A stretch of DNA of 64,000 nucleotides from Verrucomicrobia subdivision 6 bacterium (GTDB lineage Bacteria; Verrucomicrobiota; Verrucomicrobiia; Methylacidiphilales; Verrucolacustridaceae), in assembly GCA_945866245.1 (NCBI GenBank), contig CAMBGW010000001.1, forward strand, positions 451-64,450. Reading direction: 5' to 3'. Numbering within the stretch: the stretch's first letter is position 1; the number at the start of each line of letters is the position of its first letter. The translations under genes were made by a program, and so were the position numbers. Below are positions 49,053 to 59,850 of the stretch, in pieces. A model generated the notes under the pieces. The model searched no databases. It was given only the letters and a program-made list of their open reading frames with translations, and was not told the origin of the DNA.

Positions 49053-49592
49053 ATGGAGTGCACCTTCTGTCCAGGCAACCAAGCAACTTGCCATCTAAGC
49101 AAGTTGGTCAACGCCAAGTCGATCGATGTTCACGTGTGTGAAAAGTGTATTCCCCAGTTGGCGCAAAAAGATCTGGTCGATTTTGATATTTGGGGATCGG
49201 TTTCAAAATTGGCGGCGAGCAAAGGAAAAGAAGATCCTGCTGCGGCTGTGGAAAACGAGATTAAGGAGATTTCTGCCAAATCGTTACTCATTCCAACGCC
49301 GACCCCTGCCGCTTCCAATAAGTGTCCGACGTGTGGATTTACTTCTGAGGATGTTCGAAAAACGGGGCGTTTGGGTTGTGGCGATTGTTACGGGGTGTTT
49401 GCGACTCTCCTGCAGGATGTGCTGAATGATTGTCAGAAGGGAACAAGGCATGCGGGAAAGGTTCCCAAAGGCTTACGAAAGCCGAGCAAGAAGCGGTTGC
49501 AGGAGGATTTAAGTACGGCGGTGGGGAAGGAGCAGTTTGAGGAGGCGGCTCGAATACGGGACGAGTTAGGAAAAATCGGCGAAGAGGGATAG
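49053..49592 (+). CDS. mcsA: McsA-like protein (CxxC motifs plus UVR domain)
   Basis: Four CxxC motifs, GRLGC..CY, H.GKVP, AV.KEQFEEAARIRDE. Confidence 0.88.
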   Translation: MECTFCPGNQATCHLSKLVNAKSIDVHVCEKCIPQLAQKDLVDFDIWGSVSKLAASKGKEDPAAAVENEIKEISAKSLLIPTPTPAASNKCPTCGFTSEDVRKTGRLGCGDCYGVFATLLQDVLNDCQKGTRHAGKVPKGLRKPSKKRLQEDLSTAVGKEQFEEAARIRDELGKIGEEG

Positions 49593-49593
49593 A

Positions 49594-50565
49594 TTACGGT
49601 TCTTGGATTGTGCCAATGGCGCGAAAGCGTTCATGGCGTGTTTCGATGAGGCGAGGAGCGGGGAGTTGTATTAATTCTGAGAGGTGATGTCGGATGCGGT
49701 TCATCGTGCTGGTGATGGTGGTCTTCCAATCCCGGTGGGCTCCGCCGGTGGGTTCGGGGATCACTTCATCTACGAGGCCCAATTCGAAAAGATCTTTTGA
49801 GGAAATGCGGAGAGCCTCGGCGGCTTGAGGGGCAAAGGCGCGATCTTTCCAAAGAATACTGGCACAGCCTTCGGGGGAGATGACGGAGTAATAGGCATTT
49901 TCCAAAATGAGGACGCGGTTGGCGACACCGATTCCGAGTGCACCCCCACTGCCACCTTCTCCGATGACGACGGCGATGATGGGGACGCGAAGATTAAACA
50001 TTTCACGAATATTGACGGCGATGGCTTCGGCGACGTGGCGCTCTTCACTGGCAACGCCAGGAAAGGCGCCGGGAGTGTCGATGAAAGTGACGATGGGGAG
50101 CCGGAATCGATCAGCGAGGCGCATGAGGCGAAGAGCTTTGCGATATCCCTCGGGGTGAGCACAGCCAAAATTACGCATCAGGTTTTCTTTGGTATCGCGG
50201 CCTTTTTGATGCCCGAGAAAGACCACGCGTTGGTCGTCGAGGGTGGCAAGACCACCGACGAGGGCTCGGTCCTCACCAAAAGCGCGATCCCCCCCTAGTT
50301 CGAAGAGCTCGGTGGCTCCTTGGCGGAGGTAGTCGAGAAGGTAGGGGCGTTGGGGATGGCGGACGATTTGGATGCGTTGCCAAGGGGTAAGGTTTCCATA
50401 GACCTCTTGGCGTGCGGAGGCCCACTTCTTTTGCAGGGAGGTGATTTCGGCCTCAGCACCCAACTTTTGCTTACCGGAAAGCTTGCGAAGCTCCTCGATG
50501 CGTTTTTCTAGCTCAGCCAGAGGCTTTTCGAAGTCGAGGTGCGCGATGGGTTTGGCTTCAGCCAT
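49594..50565 (-). CDS. accA: Acetyl-CoA carboxylase carboxyltransferase alpha
   Basis: LDFEKP, RHPQRP, PEGYRKALR, GEGGSGGAL, YSVISPEG. Confidence 0.97.
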   Translation of the reverse strand: MAEAKPIAHLDFEKPLAELEKRIEELRKLSGKQKLGAEAEITSLQKKWASARQEVYGNLTPWQRIQIVRHPQRPYLLDYLRQGATELFELGGDRAFGEDRALVGGLATLDDQRVVFLGHQKGRDTKENLMRNFGCAHPEGYRKALRLMRLADRFRLPIVTFIDTPGAFPGVASEERHVAEAIAVNIREMFNLRVPIIAVVIGEGGSGGALGIGVANRVLILENAYYSVISPEGCASILWKDRAFAPQAAEALRISSKDLFELGLVDEVIPEPTGGAHRDWKTTITSTMNRIRHHLSELIQLPAPRLIETRHERFRAIGTIQEP

Positions 50566-50663
50566 GTCGAGGTTGGATGATAAACGATGATAAAGAAGGG
50601 GGCAACGCTGGGGGAGTGGGAAAAGGGTGGCGGTGGGTGGTGGAAAATGCGCAAAATAAGAGC

Positions 50664-51527
50664 GTGAACCGAGGAGTCATAGGAATTTTGGGATATTTTG
50701 GGTTGTGGATGTTTTTGACCTCGGTGTTGGCCTGGCCAGTCGCGAGGGGGGTGGAGGGAGTGGCGCCGGGGATTTTTCCCTTCGCACGGATTTTCGGGAG
50801 AGTGGAGTTGGTGGTGGCACTGGTTTTGGCGGTGGGTCTCTTGCGCTGGTGGGGGGAGGATCCGCGGCGGTGGGTGGATGGGAAAAAATGGAAGGGAGAG
50901 TTGGTGAGGGGAGGGCTATGGTCAGGGGTAGGTTTGGCAATGGTGGGTTTGGTGGCACTGGGGCAGGTGGTTTTGGGAGTGAGGGGATGGGGGGGCTGGC
51001 CTGGGGTGGGAGAGTGGGCGGGGGCGATCGGGACGGGGTTGCTGGTGGGGGTGTTGGAGGAGTATTTTTTTCGAGGGGTGTTGGGTTTGGCGTGGTGGAG
51101 AGCGGTGGGAGAGCGGAAGGCGGGGTTGGTGGTGTTGGTTGGCGCAGTGATTTTCGCAGGAGCGCACTTTATTCGGCCGGGGGTGGGTTGGGATGGAGGA
51201 GGCGGATGGGGGTCGGGGTTTTTGGCGTGGGGGAGTTTGGAGCTGTGGAGCGGGACGGGGCACCTTTGGAAATTGGCTGGTTTGGTTTTGATCGGACTCA
51301 TTTTGGCAAGATTGGTTTGGAATGAGCAATCGTTGGCGGGAGCCATCGGGCTGCATGCAGGTTGGGTGGGGGGGCTGCGCTGGGTGGAGAGTGCTTGCCC
51401 GCCGGTGCCTCAAGCGGTGGAGGGATGGTGGGGTCCATCTTTGGAGGCGGGGCCGTTGCCTTTTCTTCTGCTACTGATCGTAACTCTTGCTCTTTGGGGG
51501 CGACCCATTCGTGCGTCTTTGGGTTGA
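50664..51527 (+). CDS. CPBP (CAAX/Abi) intramembrane metalloprotease
   Basis: EEYFFRG, FAGAH and IGLHAGW motifs; start likely GTG 50664. Confidence 0.88.
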   Translation: MNRGVIGILGYFGLWMFLTSVLAWPVARGVEGVAPGIFPFARIFGRVELVVALVLAVGLLRWWGEDPRRWVDGKKWKGELVRGGLWSGVGLAMVGLVALGQVVLGVRGWGGWPGVGEWAGAIGTGLLVGVLEEYFFRGVLGLAWWRAVGERKAGLVVLVGAVIFAGAHFIRPGVGWDGGGGWGSGFLAWGSLELWSGTGHLWKLAGLVLIGLILARLVWNEQSLAGAIGLHAGWVGGLRWVESACPPVPQAVEGWWGPSLEAGPLPFLLLLIVTLALWGRPIRASLG

Positions 51528-52173
51528 GACGATCCGTGGCTTCATTTTCCCGGTAGGGCGACCTGCCCGTCCGTGGGTGCGTCTTGAGGAGCCGTTTTGC
51601 TCTCGGTGTGCAGAGCCTTATGCGAGGCATGCGCCGGGAGAGTTTCTTTGTAGCAACTGTGCGGGAAGGAGATGGTCCTTAGGGAGAGTGCGAGCGGCTT
51701 ATCGAGCGGTGGGAACGGTGCGTGAGGTGATTCTTCGATTCAAGTATCAGCGGGAGTATTCCTTGCGACCGTGGCTGGGCCGGTGGATGCGAGATGGATT
51801 TCGGCAATATTACTCGCAGGAAAAGTGGGATGCGTTGGTGCCGGTACCGCTTCACGGAGCGCGAAGAAGGGAGAGGGGATTTAATCAGAGTGCCGAGATA
51901 GCGGGTTGGTTGGGGGCGAAGGTGGGAATTGGAGTGGAGGAGGGGCTGGTTCGGATTAAGCCGACTCCGCCTCAGGCCCGGTTGCGGCGGGTGGAGCGAT
52001 TGCGAAATTTGCGGGGGGCTTTAGCCCTCGCTCCGGGGTTTGACCCACGGGGACGGCGATTGCTACTCTGTGATGACGTGTTTACGACAGGAGCTACCGC
52101 GGATGCATGTGCACGGGTCCTGAAACAAGCAGGAGCCGAGGAAGTGGCGGCTCTGACCGTAGCTCGAGGATAA
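51511..52173 (+). CDS. comF: ComF family phosphoribosyltransferase-like protein
   Basis: CxxC..CxxC, PVPLH, RGFNQ, DDVFTTGAT; start approximate. Confidence 0.92.
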   Translation: MRLWVETIRGFIFPVGRPARPWVRLEEPFCSRCAEPYARHAPGEFLCSNCAGRRWSLGRVRAAYRAVGTVREVILRFKYQREYSLRPWLGRWMRDGFRQYYSQEKWDALVPVPLHGARRRERGFNQSAEIAGWLGAKVGIGVEEGLVRIKPTPPQARLRRVERLRNLRGALALAPGFDPRGRRLLLCDDVFTTGATADACARVLKQAGAEEVAALTVARG

Positions 52174-52182
52174 TTCACCCTT

Positions 52183-53025
52183 ATGGCAGTATTTGAGCGA
52201 CGAAAATATGAACCCCGCAAAGAGGCGAAGCCGCGGGCTCGGGGTGTGCCGAGTGGGTTGTGGACAAAGTGTTCGGGGTGTGGGGAGGTTGTCTACAATC
52301 AGGTTCTCAAGAAGAGCCATCAAGTTTGTCCAAAGTGTGACCACCATTTTCCTTTTGGGGCAAGGGAGAGGCTTCTTTCAATTTGTGATGGGGGAAAATT
52401 TCAGGAGCATGATGCCAAGATGGAGGCGGTGGATGTTCTTCAGTTTAAAGGAGTGGCAAGTTACGCCAGCAAGTTAAAGGCGAACCGCAAAAAAACAGGA
52501 ATGCCCGATGCGATGGTGAGTGGGATGGGAAAGATTGGGGGTAGGGAGGTTTCATTAGGGGCGATGGAGTTCGCTTTTTTAGGCGGAAGCATGGGAGTGG
52601 TGGTGGGAGAGAAGGTCACGCGGACGATTGAGCGTGGGTTGGCGAAGCGGATGCCCGTGATTATCTTTTCTGCCTCGGGGGGTGCACGAATGTACGAGGG
52701 GATGTTTAGTTTAATGCAGATGGCAAAGACGAGTGGGGCGCTGGCCAAGCTGGGACGGGCGGGCTTGCCCTTTATTTCGGTTCTGACCAATCCAACGATG
52801 GCCGGGGTGATGGCCAGTTTCGCCTCGTTGGGGGATGTTATTATTGCTGAGCCAAAAGCGATGATCGGCTTTGCGGGGGCGAGAGTGATTCGGGAAACGA
52901 CCCAGCAGGAGCTACCCAAGGAGTTTCAAACCTCCGAATTTCTCCATGAGCATGGATTGATCGATATGATCGTCTCTCGTAACGAGATGAAGGGGACGTT
53001 AGCGCGTCTTCTCCACTACCTCTGA
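52183..53025 (+). CDS. accD: Acetyl-CoA carboxylase carboxyltransferase beta
   Basis: LWTKC..C / VCPKC zinc finger, FLGGSMG..VGEK, SGGARM, IGFAG.RVI. Confidence 0.97.
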   Translation: MAVFERRKYEPRKEAKPRARGVPSGLWTKCSGCGEVVYNQVLKKSHQVCPKCDHHFPFGARERLLSICDGGKFQEHDAKMEAVDVLQFKGVASYASKLKANRKKTGMPDAMVSGMGKIGGREVSLGAMEFAFLGGSMGVVVGEKVTRTIERGLAKRMPVIIFSASGGARMYEGMFSLMQMAKTSGALAKLGRAGLPFISVLTNPTMAGVMASFASLGDVIIAEPKAMIGFAGARVIRETTQQELPKEFQTSEFLHEHGLIDMIVSRNEMKGTLARLLHYL

Positions 53026-54212
53026 AGCAGTTCGATTCGGTTGGTCGGTTGGAGCGGGTTTGTGCTGCGGGGATACAGCCTGGCCTTGGGCGGATGAGGA
53101 AGTTGCTCGCTCAATTGGGTCATCCGGAGCGGGGGCTTAATTTTATTCACTTGGCGGGTACGAATGGAAAGGGTTCCACGGCGGCGGCGATCGACTCCAT
53201 CCTGCGAGAGGCAGGATTTTTTTCCGGTCTTTATACTTCGCCCCATTTGGTGGAGTTTCGGGAACGATTTCGTTGTGGGGGAGTCATGGTGGAGAAGGAA
53301 TTGCTTGGCAAAAGTGTGGAGGCGGTGATGCGAGCGATTGGAAAGTGGCCGTCGCGGGGGCGGCCCACCTTTTTCGAGGCTACGACGGCGGTGGCATTGC
53401 TGATTTTTCGAGAAGCGAAGGTGGATTTTGTGGTTTGGGAAACGGGATTGGGGGGGCGCTTAGATGCTACCAATGTGGTCATGCCGGAGTGCTGTGTGTT
53501 GACCTCTTTGGGGCGGGATCACGAGACGATTTTAGGGAAGGGCTGGGCAAATTTGGGAAGGGAAAAGGCGGGAATTTTAAAAAGGGGTGTGCCGGTTTTT
53601 TCTGCTCCTTGGCCGAAGGCAGCTGAAAAGATATTGGCGGCGAGGGCAAAAAAACTGAGATGCCCTTGGCAAGTGGTGAAGCCACTGGCAAAAAGCGAAA
53701 AGTGTCTTCCCTTGGTGGGGGGGCATCAGCGCCAGAACTTAGCTTTAGCGGTGGCGGTTGGGAGGTATCTGGGGTTGCCTGAGTCGATGTTGCGGCGTGG
53801 TTTGGAGCGGACTTTCTGGCCTGGGAGATTTCAACGGTTGCCGGGGCGTGGGCGGGTGGTGGTGGATGGGGCGCACAATCTGGAAGGGGTTAAGGTGGCG
53901 ATGGAGACGTGGAGAAATATGTTTGGGAAAAATCCCGAGCGGGTGATCTTTGGATGTTTGCGGGATAAGCCGGCGGAGTTGATGTTGGGAGAGATTCGTA
54001 AGACCGGAGCGGAGTTGTGGGGAGTGGAGTTAAACGATTTGAGGGGCACGAATCCGCTGGAGTGGGGGGTGCATCCAGATCGGCTGTGGAGTTGTGTGAG
54101 TGAAGCGTTGCAGGAGGAGCAGAGGGACCCTCTAAAAGGAGGGACGCTGATTTTAGGATCGCTGGTTTTAGTGGGGGAAGTTTTGCGGGGTGTTGGGGAG
54201 AGAGCTGGGTGA
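53022..54212 (+). CDS. folC: Folylpolyglutamate synthase/dihydrofolate synthase
   Basis: AGTNGKGST, YTSPHL, ETGLGGRLDATN, WPGRF, DGAHN; start CTG 53022 or TTG 53049. Confidence 0.95.
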   Translation: MKQFDSVGRLERVCAAGIQPGLGRMRKLLAQLGHPERGLNFIHLAGTNGKGSTAAAIDSILREAGFFSGLYTSPHLVEFRERFRCGGVMVEKELLGKSVEAVMRAIGKWPSRGRPTFFEATTAVALLIFREAKVDFVVWETGLGGRLDATNVVMPECCVLTSLGRDHETILGKGWANLGREKAGILKRGVPVFSAPWPKAAEKILAARAKKLRCPWQVVKPLAKSEKCLPLVGGHQRQNLALAVAVGRYLGLPESMLRRGLERTFWPGRFQRLPGRGRVVVDGAHNLEGVKVAMETWRNMFGKNPERVIFGCLRDKPAELMLGEIRKTGAELWGVELNDLRGTNPLEWGVHPDRLWSCVSEALQEEQRDPLKGGTLILGSLVLVGEVLRGVGERAG

Positions 54213-54868
54213 TCCGAGCGCTTTTTTTTGATGCAGGCGGCACGCTACTGACTCCGGCCGAGCCTGTCGGGCGGATTTACGCTCGCCTGGCGCAGGCGCG
54301 AGGCTGGAGGGCAAGGGAGGAGGAGATGGAGAAGGGATTTCGGGCCGCGTGGAAAAAGAGGCGGGTAGAGGGAGTGGGCTCGGATGGAACTTTGGGAAGA
54401 GAGGGCTGGAAGAGGATTGTGAAAGAGAGTGCGATGGGATTGGGAATGCCGGCAGATTTCCCTTTTGAGGATTATTTCAGCGAAGTGTACGACTATTTTG
54501 CTCGTCCTGAGGCGTGGCAGGATTTTCCTGAAGTGGAAGAGGTGATTCGGAGTGTTCGGGAAAAGGGTGTTCGGGTCGGGATGATATCGAACTGGGATCC
54601 CCGATTGAGGCGTGTCTTGGGGGGATTTTCTTGGGCGGGGCTGTTGGATCCGATTTTGATTTCGGAGGAGTGCGGGGTGGAGAAGCCCCATGTAACTCTT
54701 TTTAGAAGGGCGGAGGAGGAGGCGGGCTTGAAAGCGGAGGAGTGTGCCCTGGTGGGAGATGACCCCTTGAGCGATCGCGCGGGGGCAGAGGGGGCGGGCT
54801 GGCGTTGTGCATTGGTGGAGAGGCCATACCGAGGTCTCTGGGAGGCATTAGGGGAGCTAGGGCTATGA
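54209..54868 (+). CDS. HAD-IA family hydrolase
   Basis: FFDAGGTL, ISNWD.R, EKP, VGD....D..GA. Confidence 0.92.
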   Translation: MIRALFFDAGGTLLTPAEPVGRIYARLAQARGWRAREEEMEKGFRAAWKKRRVEGVGSDGTLGREGWKRIVKESAMGLGMPADFPFEDYFSEVYDYFARPEAWQDFPEVEEVIRSVREKGVRVGMISNWDPRLRRVLGGFSWAGLLDPILISEECGVEKPHVTLFRRAEEEAGLKAEECALVGDDPLSDRAGAEGAGWRCALVERPYRGLWEALGELGL

Positions 54869-54898
54869 TTTTTGTGCGCTTATAGGGGCGGAGGGATT

Positions 54899-54927
54899 TT
54901 GACAGGAGGGGCAAGAGAGAGCATTTT
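54899..54927 (+). promoter_or_regulatory. Putative sigma70 promoter of sdhCAB
   Basis: TTGACA-N17-CATTTT ending 28 nt upstream of the ATG. Confidence 0.55.
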
Positions 54928-54955
54928 CTAGGGTAGAAGTTTTCCTACTACAGCC

Positions 54956-55660
54956 ATGATCTCACAAATTAAAACCATGCTCCTCTCCTCCATCGGCAGG
55001 AAGTGGATCGTCGCGATATCGGGGTTGCTCATGATTGGGTTTGTCGTGGTGCATATGACGGGGAATTTGCAGATGTATGCGGGAACTCCAGATAAGATTA
55101 ATTTGTACGCACATCTTTTGCACTCCTACCCAATCATTCTCTGGGCATTTCGTTTGGGTTTAATTGGAGTCACCGCTTTACACATCTGGGGGACGATCTC
55201 TTTGGCTCGAGAAAATCGACGTGCGAAGCCACTGCAGTATGCGGTGGCGGGTCGAAAGTCGCGACTGCAGGTGACTTGGACAAGTGTGACGATGGTGATT
55301 AGCGGAACAGTGATTTTAGGTTTTGTGGTGTTCCACCTTCTTCATTTCACCGCCCAAGTAGTGGACAAATCGTATGCGAGCATGGAAACGGCGGTGGGTG
55401 GGGTGGCAATGCACGATGTCTATCGGATGGTGATTAAAGGTTTTTCTAACCCATGGATCAGCGGGTTTTATCTGATCGCGATGGGGCTACTTTTTTCCCA
55501 TTTGCGGCATGGAGCGGCGAGTGTTTTCCAGACGTTTGGTTTACGAGACAGGCAGTTGGTTCAGGTCATTGAGGTGGGGGCATGGATTTTAGCGATGGCT
55601 CTGTTTGTCGGGTTTGGTTCGATTCCTGTGGGGGTGATGCTGGGTCTGATACGGCCATGA
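54956..55660 (+). CDS. sdhC: Succinate dehydrogenase cytochrome b subunit (single 5-TM anchor type)
   Basis: SSIGRK..A.SG, H..GN, LH, FHL.HF and HLRHG heme ligands. Confidence 0.93.
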   Translation: MISQIKTMLLSSIGRKWIVAISGLLMIGFVVVHMTGNLQMYAGTPDKINLYAHLLHSYPIILWAFRLGLIGVTALHIWGTISLARENRRAKPLQYAVAGRKSRLQVTWTSVTMVISGTVILGFVVFHLLHFTAQVVDKSYASMETAVGGVAMHDVYRMVIKGFSNPWISGFYLIAMGLLFSHLRHGAASVFQTFGLRDRQLVQVIEVGAWILAMALFVGFGSIPVGVMLGLIRP

Positions 55661-57576
55661 AATTAGATCCAAGAATTCCTGGGGGCCCGCTGGCAGACAA
55701 GTGGACAAAGTTTAAAACGAATGTCCCTTTGGTCACCCCAGCAAACAAAAGAAAGTACGAAGTGATTGTGGTGGGGACGGGATTGGCCGGGGCCTCGGCG
55801 GCGGCGAGTTTGGCGGAGCTGGGGTATCGGGTGAAGTCGTTCTGCTTTCAGGATAGCCCCAGGAGAGCGCACTCGATTGCTGCCCAAGGAGGAATCAACG
55901 CGGCGAAGAACTATCAGAATGACGGGGATTCGGTGAAGAGGCTATTTCATGACACGATTAAGGGCGGAGATTTTCGTTCGCGAGAGGCGAATGTGTACCG
56001 ATTGGCGGAAGTGAGTGTAAATATTATCGATCAGTGTGTGGCGCAGGGCGTGCCGTTTGCGCGGGAGTATGGGGGAATGCTAGCGAATCGATCCTTTGGT
56101 GGAGCCCAGGTTTCGCGAACGTTTTATGCACGAGGGGCGACGGGCCAGCAGCTACTTTTGGGCGCTTACCAGGCGTTGAGCCGGCAGATTGGTTTGGGCC
56201 GAGTGAGGATGTTTCCACGGCATGAGATGTTGGATCTGGTGTTAGACGAGGGACGGGCGCAGGGGATTATCACACGAAATTTAGTGACGGGGGAGCTGAC
56301 GGCGCACGAGGCGGATGCGGTGTTACTCTGCACGGGGGGATATGGAAACGCGTACTATTTGTCGACCTATGCCCGCGGCTCGAATGTGACGGCAAGCTGG
56401 AGGGCACATCGGAGGGGAGCACTTTTTTCGAATCCTTGCTTTACGCAGATTCATCCGACCTGCATCCCAGTTTCAGGCGAGTATCAGTCCAAGTTGACCT
56501 TGATGTCCGAGTCGTTGAGAAACGATGGTCGGTGCTGGGTACCAAAGTCGGCTGGAGAAAAAAGGAGTGCGGCTCAAATTCCGGAGGGGGAGCGGGACTA
56601 TTTCTTGGAGAGGCTTTATCCGAGCTACGGGAATTTGGCTCCGCGGGATATTGCTTCGCGGGCGGCGAAGCGAGTTTGCGATGAGGGGCGGGGAGTGGGA
56701 CCGTCGGGTTTAGGAGTGTACTTGGATTTTTCGGAAGCGATTGGAAGATTAGGGGAGTCGACGGTCAAAGAGAGGTACGCGAACTTGTTTTCGATGTACC
56801 ACGAGATCACGGGAGAGAGTGCCTATGAGTCGCCGATGAGAATTTTCCCCGCAGTGCACTACACGATGGGTGGTCTTTGGGTGGATTACCATTTGATGAG
56901 TAACATTCCTGGGTTGTTTGTTTTGGGAGAGGCAAATTTTTCGGATCACGGGGCGAATCGCTTGGGAGCGAGTGCATTGATGCAGGGTCTGGCGGATGGG
57001 TATTTTGTTTTGCCTTATACGATTGGCGACTATTTATCCAAACAGAAGCCTGGAGGGAAGAAGACGAACCGACAGGCGGAGGCGTTTTGGCAGGCTACGG
57101 AAACGGTGCAGGCGCGTACTAAGAAATTACTCGGAATACGGGGGACAAAGCCGGTGAGTGATTTTCATCGCCGCCTGGGGAAAATCCTTTGGGATCAGTG
57201 TGGAATGAGTCGAACAAAAAAGGGGCTTGAGCAAGGGGTGGAGGAGATTCGGGGATTGAGGCAGGAGTTTTGGGAGAATGTGAATGTGCCGGGGTCGGGC
57301 GAGGATTTGAATCAGTCCTTGGAAAAGGCGGGGCGGGTGTCTGATTTTCTGGAGTTAGGAGAGTTGATGTGCCGGGATGCGTTAGAGAGGGATGAGTCGT
57401 GCGGATGCCATTTCCGCGAGGATCACCAGACAGCGGAGGGGGAGTGTGAAAGGCGGGATGAGAAATTTTCGCATGTTTCGGCTTGGGAATTTCAAGGGGA
57501 GGGCAAGGCGGAGGTTCGACATGCTGAGCCTTTGTCCTTCGAGGAAGTGCAGTTGGCCACGAGGAGCTACAAATGA
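55657..57576 (+). CDS. sdhA: Succinate dehydrogenase/fumarate reductase flavoprotein
   Basis: [36 protein letters not shown]; start ATG 55657. Confidence 0.96.
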   Translation: MKLDPRIPGGPLADKWTKFKTNVPLVTPANKRKYEVIVVGTGLAGASAAASLAELGYRVKSFCFQDSPRRAHSIAAQGGINAAKNYQNDGDSVKRLFHDTIKGGDFRSREANVYRLAEVSVNIIDQCVAQGVPFAREYGGMLANRSFGGAQVSRTFYARGATGQQLLLGAYQALSRQIGLGRVRMFPRHEMLDLVLDEGRAQGIITRNLVTGELTAHEADAVLLCTGGYGNAYYLSTYARGSNVTASWRAHRRGALFSNPCFTQIHPTCIPVSGEYQSKLTLMSESLRNDGRCWVPKSAGEKRSAAQIPEGERDYFLERLYPSYGNLAPRDIASRAAKRVCDEGRGVGPSGLGVYLDFSEAIGRLGESTVKERYANLFSMYHEITGESAYESPMRIFPAVHYTMGGLWVDYHLMSNIPGLFVLGEANFSDHGANRLGASALMQGLADGYFVLPYTIGDYLSKQKPGGKKTNRQAEAFWQATETVQARTKKLLGIRGTKPVSDFHRRLGKILWDQCGMSRTKKGLEQGVEEIRGLRQEFWENVNVPGSGEDLNQSLEKAGRVSDFLELGELMCRDALERDESCGCHFREDHQTAEGECERRDEKFSHVSAWEFQGEGKAEVRHAEPLSFEEVQLATRSYK

Positions 57577-58319
57577 AATTACATTTACGGGTGTGGAGGC
57601 AGAAAGGGAGAGAGGCAGAGGGCCAATTTGAAACCTATGAGGCGAAGGGATTAAATCCGAATATGTCCTTTTTAGAGATGATGGATGTGGTGAACGATGA
57701 GTTAACTAAAGAGGGTAAGGAGCCGGTAGCTTTTGAGCACGATTGTCGGGAGGGAATTTGCGGGTCATGTGCCATGGTGATCAATGGGGAGCCGCATGGG
57801 CCCAACAAGGGTGCCACCACCTGCCAAGTTTATCTCCGCTCGTTTCAGGACGGAGAGACACTCACGGTGGAGCCTTGGCGGGCGAGGGCTTTTCCTGTGT
57901 TGAAAGATCTGGTGACCGATCGGTCTGCATTCGACAAGGTGATTCAGGCGGGGGGTTTTGTTTCGGTGAACACGGGTCAAGCTCCGGATGCGAATGCGAT
58001 GCCGATTGGAAAAGAGGATGCGGAAAAGGCGTTTGATGCGGCGCACTGTATTGGATGTGGAGCATGTGTAGCGGCGTGTCGGAATGGGTCAGCGATGCTC
58101 TTTGTGGCGGCGAAAGTATCGCATTTGGGAATGTTGCCGCAGGGGCAACCGGAGCGTGGCGAGCGGGTGCGCAAAATGGTGGCGGCGATGGATGCGGCGG
58201 GTTTTGGAAACTGTTCAAACCAGTATGCTTGCGAGGCGGTTTGTCCTAAGGAGATTTCGGCGGATTGGATCGGGCGGATGAATCGGGACTATGCGGTTTC
58301 GGCAGTCAAGAAGCTCTAA
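57573..58319 (+). CDS. sdhB: Succinate dehydrogenase iron-sulfur subunit
   Basis: [21 protein letters not shown].....C...CP. Confidence 0.96.
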   Translation: MKLHLRVWRQKGREAEGQFETYEAKGLNPNMSFLEMMDVVNDELTKEGKEPVAFEHDCREGICGSCAMVINGEPHGPNKGATTCQVYLRSFQDGETLTVEPWRARAFPVLKDLVTDRSAFDKVIQAGGFVSVNTGQAPDANAMPIGKEDAEKAFDAAHCIGCGACVAACRNGSAMLFVAAKVSHLGMLPQGQPERGERVRKMVAAMDAAGFGNCSNQYACEAVCPKEISADWIGRMNRDYAVSAVKKL

Positions 58320-58328
58320 AAAGCCGGC

Positions 58329-59786
58329 TTATCGAGGAAGAAGATCGAATTCTGGGGGAAGGGTGAGATTGATCTGCTGTTCTATGGAGCTTTGCTGATC
58401 CCGCCACGCTTGGAGGTCGGGCTGAAGTGGAGAGTTGGCGGTGGGGGTAAGCGAGACGGTGCCTAGGACGGTGCCATCTGGGCGCCAGCCTTGCCAATCG
58501 GTTTTGCCGAGGTGTGGGTCGGTTCGCGAGGAGGAGAGGGGTTTGCCATCTGGATATTGCAGCAAAAGAGAGCTGACTTTTCCGTCTGTCCCAAGAATCG
58601 GGCCAAATTGACCGAGTACTTTTCCGTCTGGGTAGAGTAGGCGACCGCCGGTCAGGCGATCTCCTTCATAGTGGCATTCGGCAAACGCTTTGCCCGTGGG
58701 GTAGTGAAGGGTGATGGGGCCGAGCAGCTTTCCATTTCGAAACTCTCCGGAGGTGGCCAGCGTTCCGTCAGGATTGAAGCTTTGGTAAGAACCGCTCTTT
58801 TTTCCTGCTAGATAAGAGGTGAGAGAGCGGGGTCGGCCTTCGGGATCAAGCTCGCGGACAATTCCATCCAGCTGATCTTTTTTCCAGCTTTCTTCTGTAA
58901 GAAGGGCCCCTTTTTCATTCCAGAGGCGAGCTGGGCCCTCTTTTTTTCCAAGGAGATAGAAAGTTTCCGACTTTTTCATTCCAGAGGGGAAGTTTTCCAC
59001 ACTGGGGCCGTCGAGTTGACCGTTCTTCCAATTTGCGGTGTAGCGGGGAAGACCGTCGAACCACCAGCCGGTGGCTGGGCCGTTGAGCTTATCGGCTGAG
59101 TAGAAAAGATTATCGGAAACGGAGCCGTCGGGATGAAAAAGGGTGGAGGGGCCTTGGCGTTTTCCTTCGAGGAGAGTGTTGGAAGCTCGGGTTTTCCCGT
59201 CCTCGCCAAATAAAACTTGAGGGCCGGTCATCTGGCCTGCCTGCATTCGGGTTTCGGCTTTGATTTTACCCTCAGCGGAAAAGAAGAGCCAATCTCCCTC
59301 CGGCACACCTTTTCGAATGGGGCCTTCGGCTGTCTTCTTGCCCTTTTCATCTAGGTCGAATCGGCGACCGTCTCGCTGGTCGGATTGACAAAACTCGCGT
59401 CGGTAGACCGATTCGTCGGAGCGGTAGAAGATAAGTTCGATTTCGCGGGGTTTCGTTTTTCGAGCGCTGAGGATAATTTGGCCTTGGACATTTCGGTAAG
59501 GGCCGGTGCGAAGGACTTGGGTGGGAACGAGAGAGGCTTCGTCGTAGTTCCAGATCGGATCGCCAGCGGGTTGGTTAGGGGGATTAGGAAATTGGTTGGA
59601 GGCATCAACGGAGCGGCGGATGGCCTCAGCTGTTTGCAGGCCTTGAAGGATGGCATTGATGATAAGTCCCACCTCGGCTTGGGCGAGAGCACGGCTGTGA
59701 AAGGGGAGAAGGAGTAGGGTGATGAGGAGGCAAGCACGCATCAAAAGGAGCATGGGTCTTTGATTCGGTTTGAAGGAGATTTTCAT
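58329..59786 (-). CDS. Exported MORN-variant repeat (YwqK-like) protein
   Basis: Signal peptide; many ~24-aa repeats of type G...G....(Y/F/W)..G. Confidence 0.85.
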   Translation of the reverse strand: MKISFKPNQRPMLLLMRACLLITLLLLPFHSRALAQAEVGLIINAILQGLQTAEAIRRSVDASNQFPNPPNQPAGDPIWNYDEASLVPTQVLRTGPYRNVQGQIILSARKTKPREIELIFYRSDESVYRREFCQSDQRDGRRFDLDEKGKKTAEGPIRKGVPEGDWLFFSAEGKIKAETRMQAGQMTGPQVLFGEDGKTRASNTLLEGKRQGPSTLFHPDGSVSDNLFYSADKLNGPATGWWFDGLPRYTANWKNGQLDGPSVENFPSGMKKSETFYLLGKKEGPARLWNEKGALLTEESWKKDQLDGIVRELDPEGRPRSLTSYLAGKKSGSYQSFNPDGTLATSGEFRNGKLLGPITLHYPTGKAFAECHYEGDRLTGGRLLYPDGKVLGQFGPILGTDGKVSSLLLQYPDGKPLSSSRTDPHLGKTDWQGWRPDGTVLGTVSLTPTANSPLQPDLQAWRDQQSSIEQQINLTLPPEFDLLPR

Positions 59787-59850
59787 GACCTCACGGATAA
59801 ACTAAACCTTATCCTAAACTTGCAACAGCAGAGTGTGGTAAGATCAGAGA

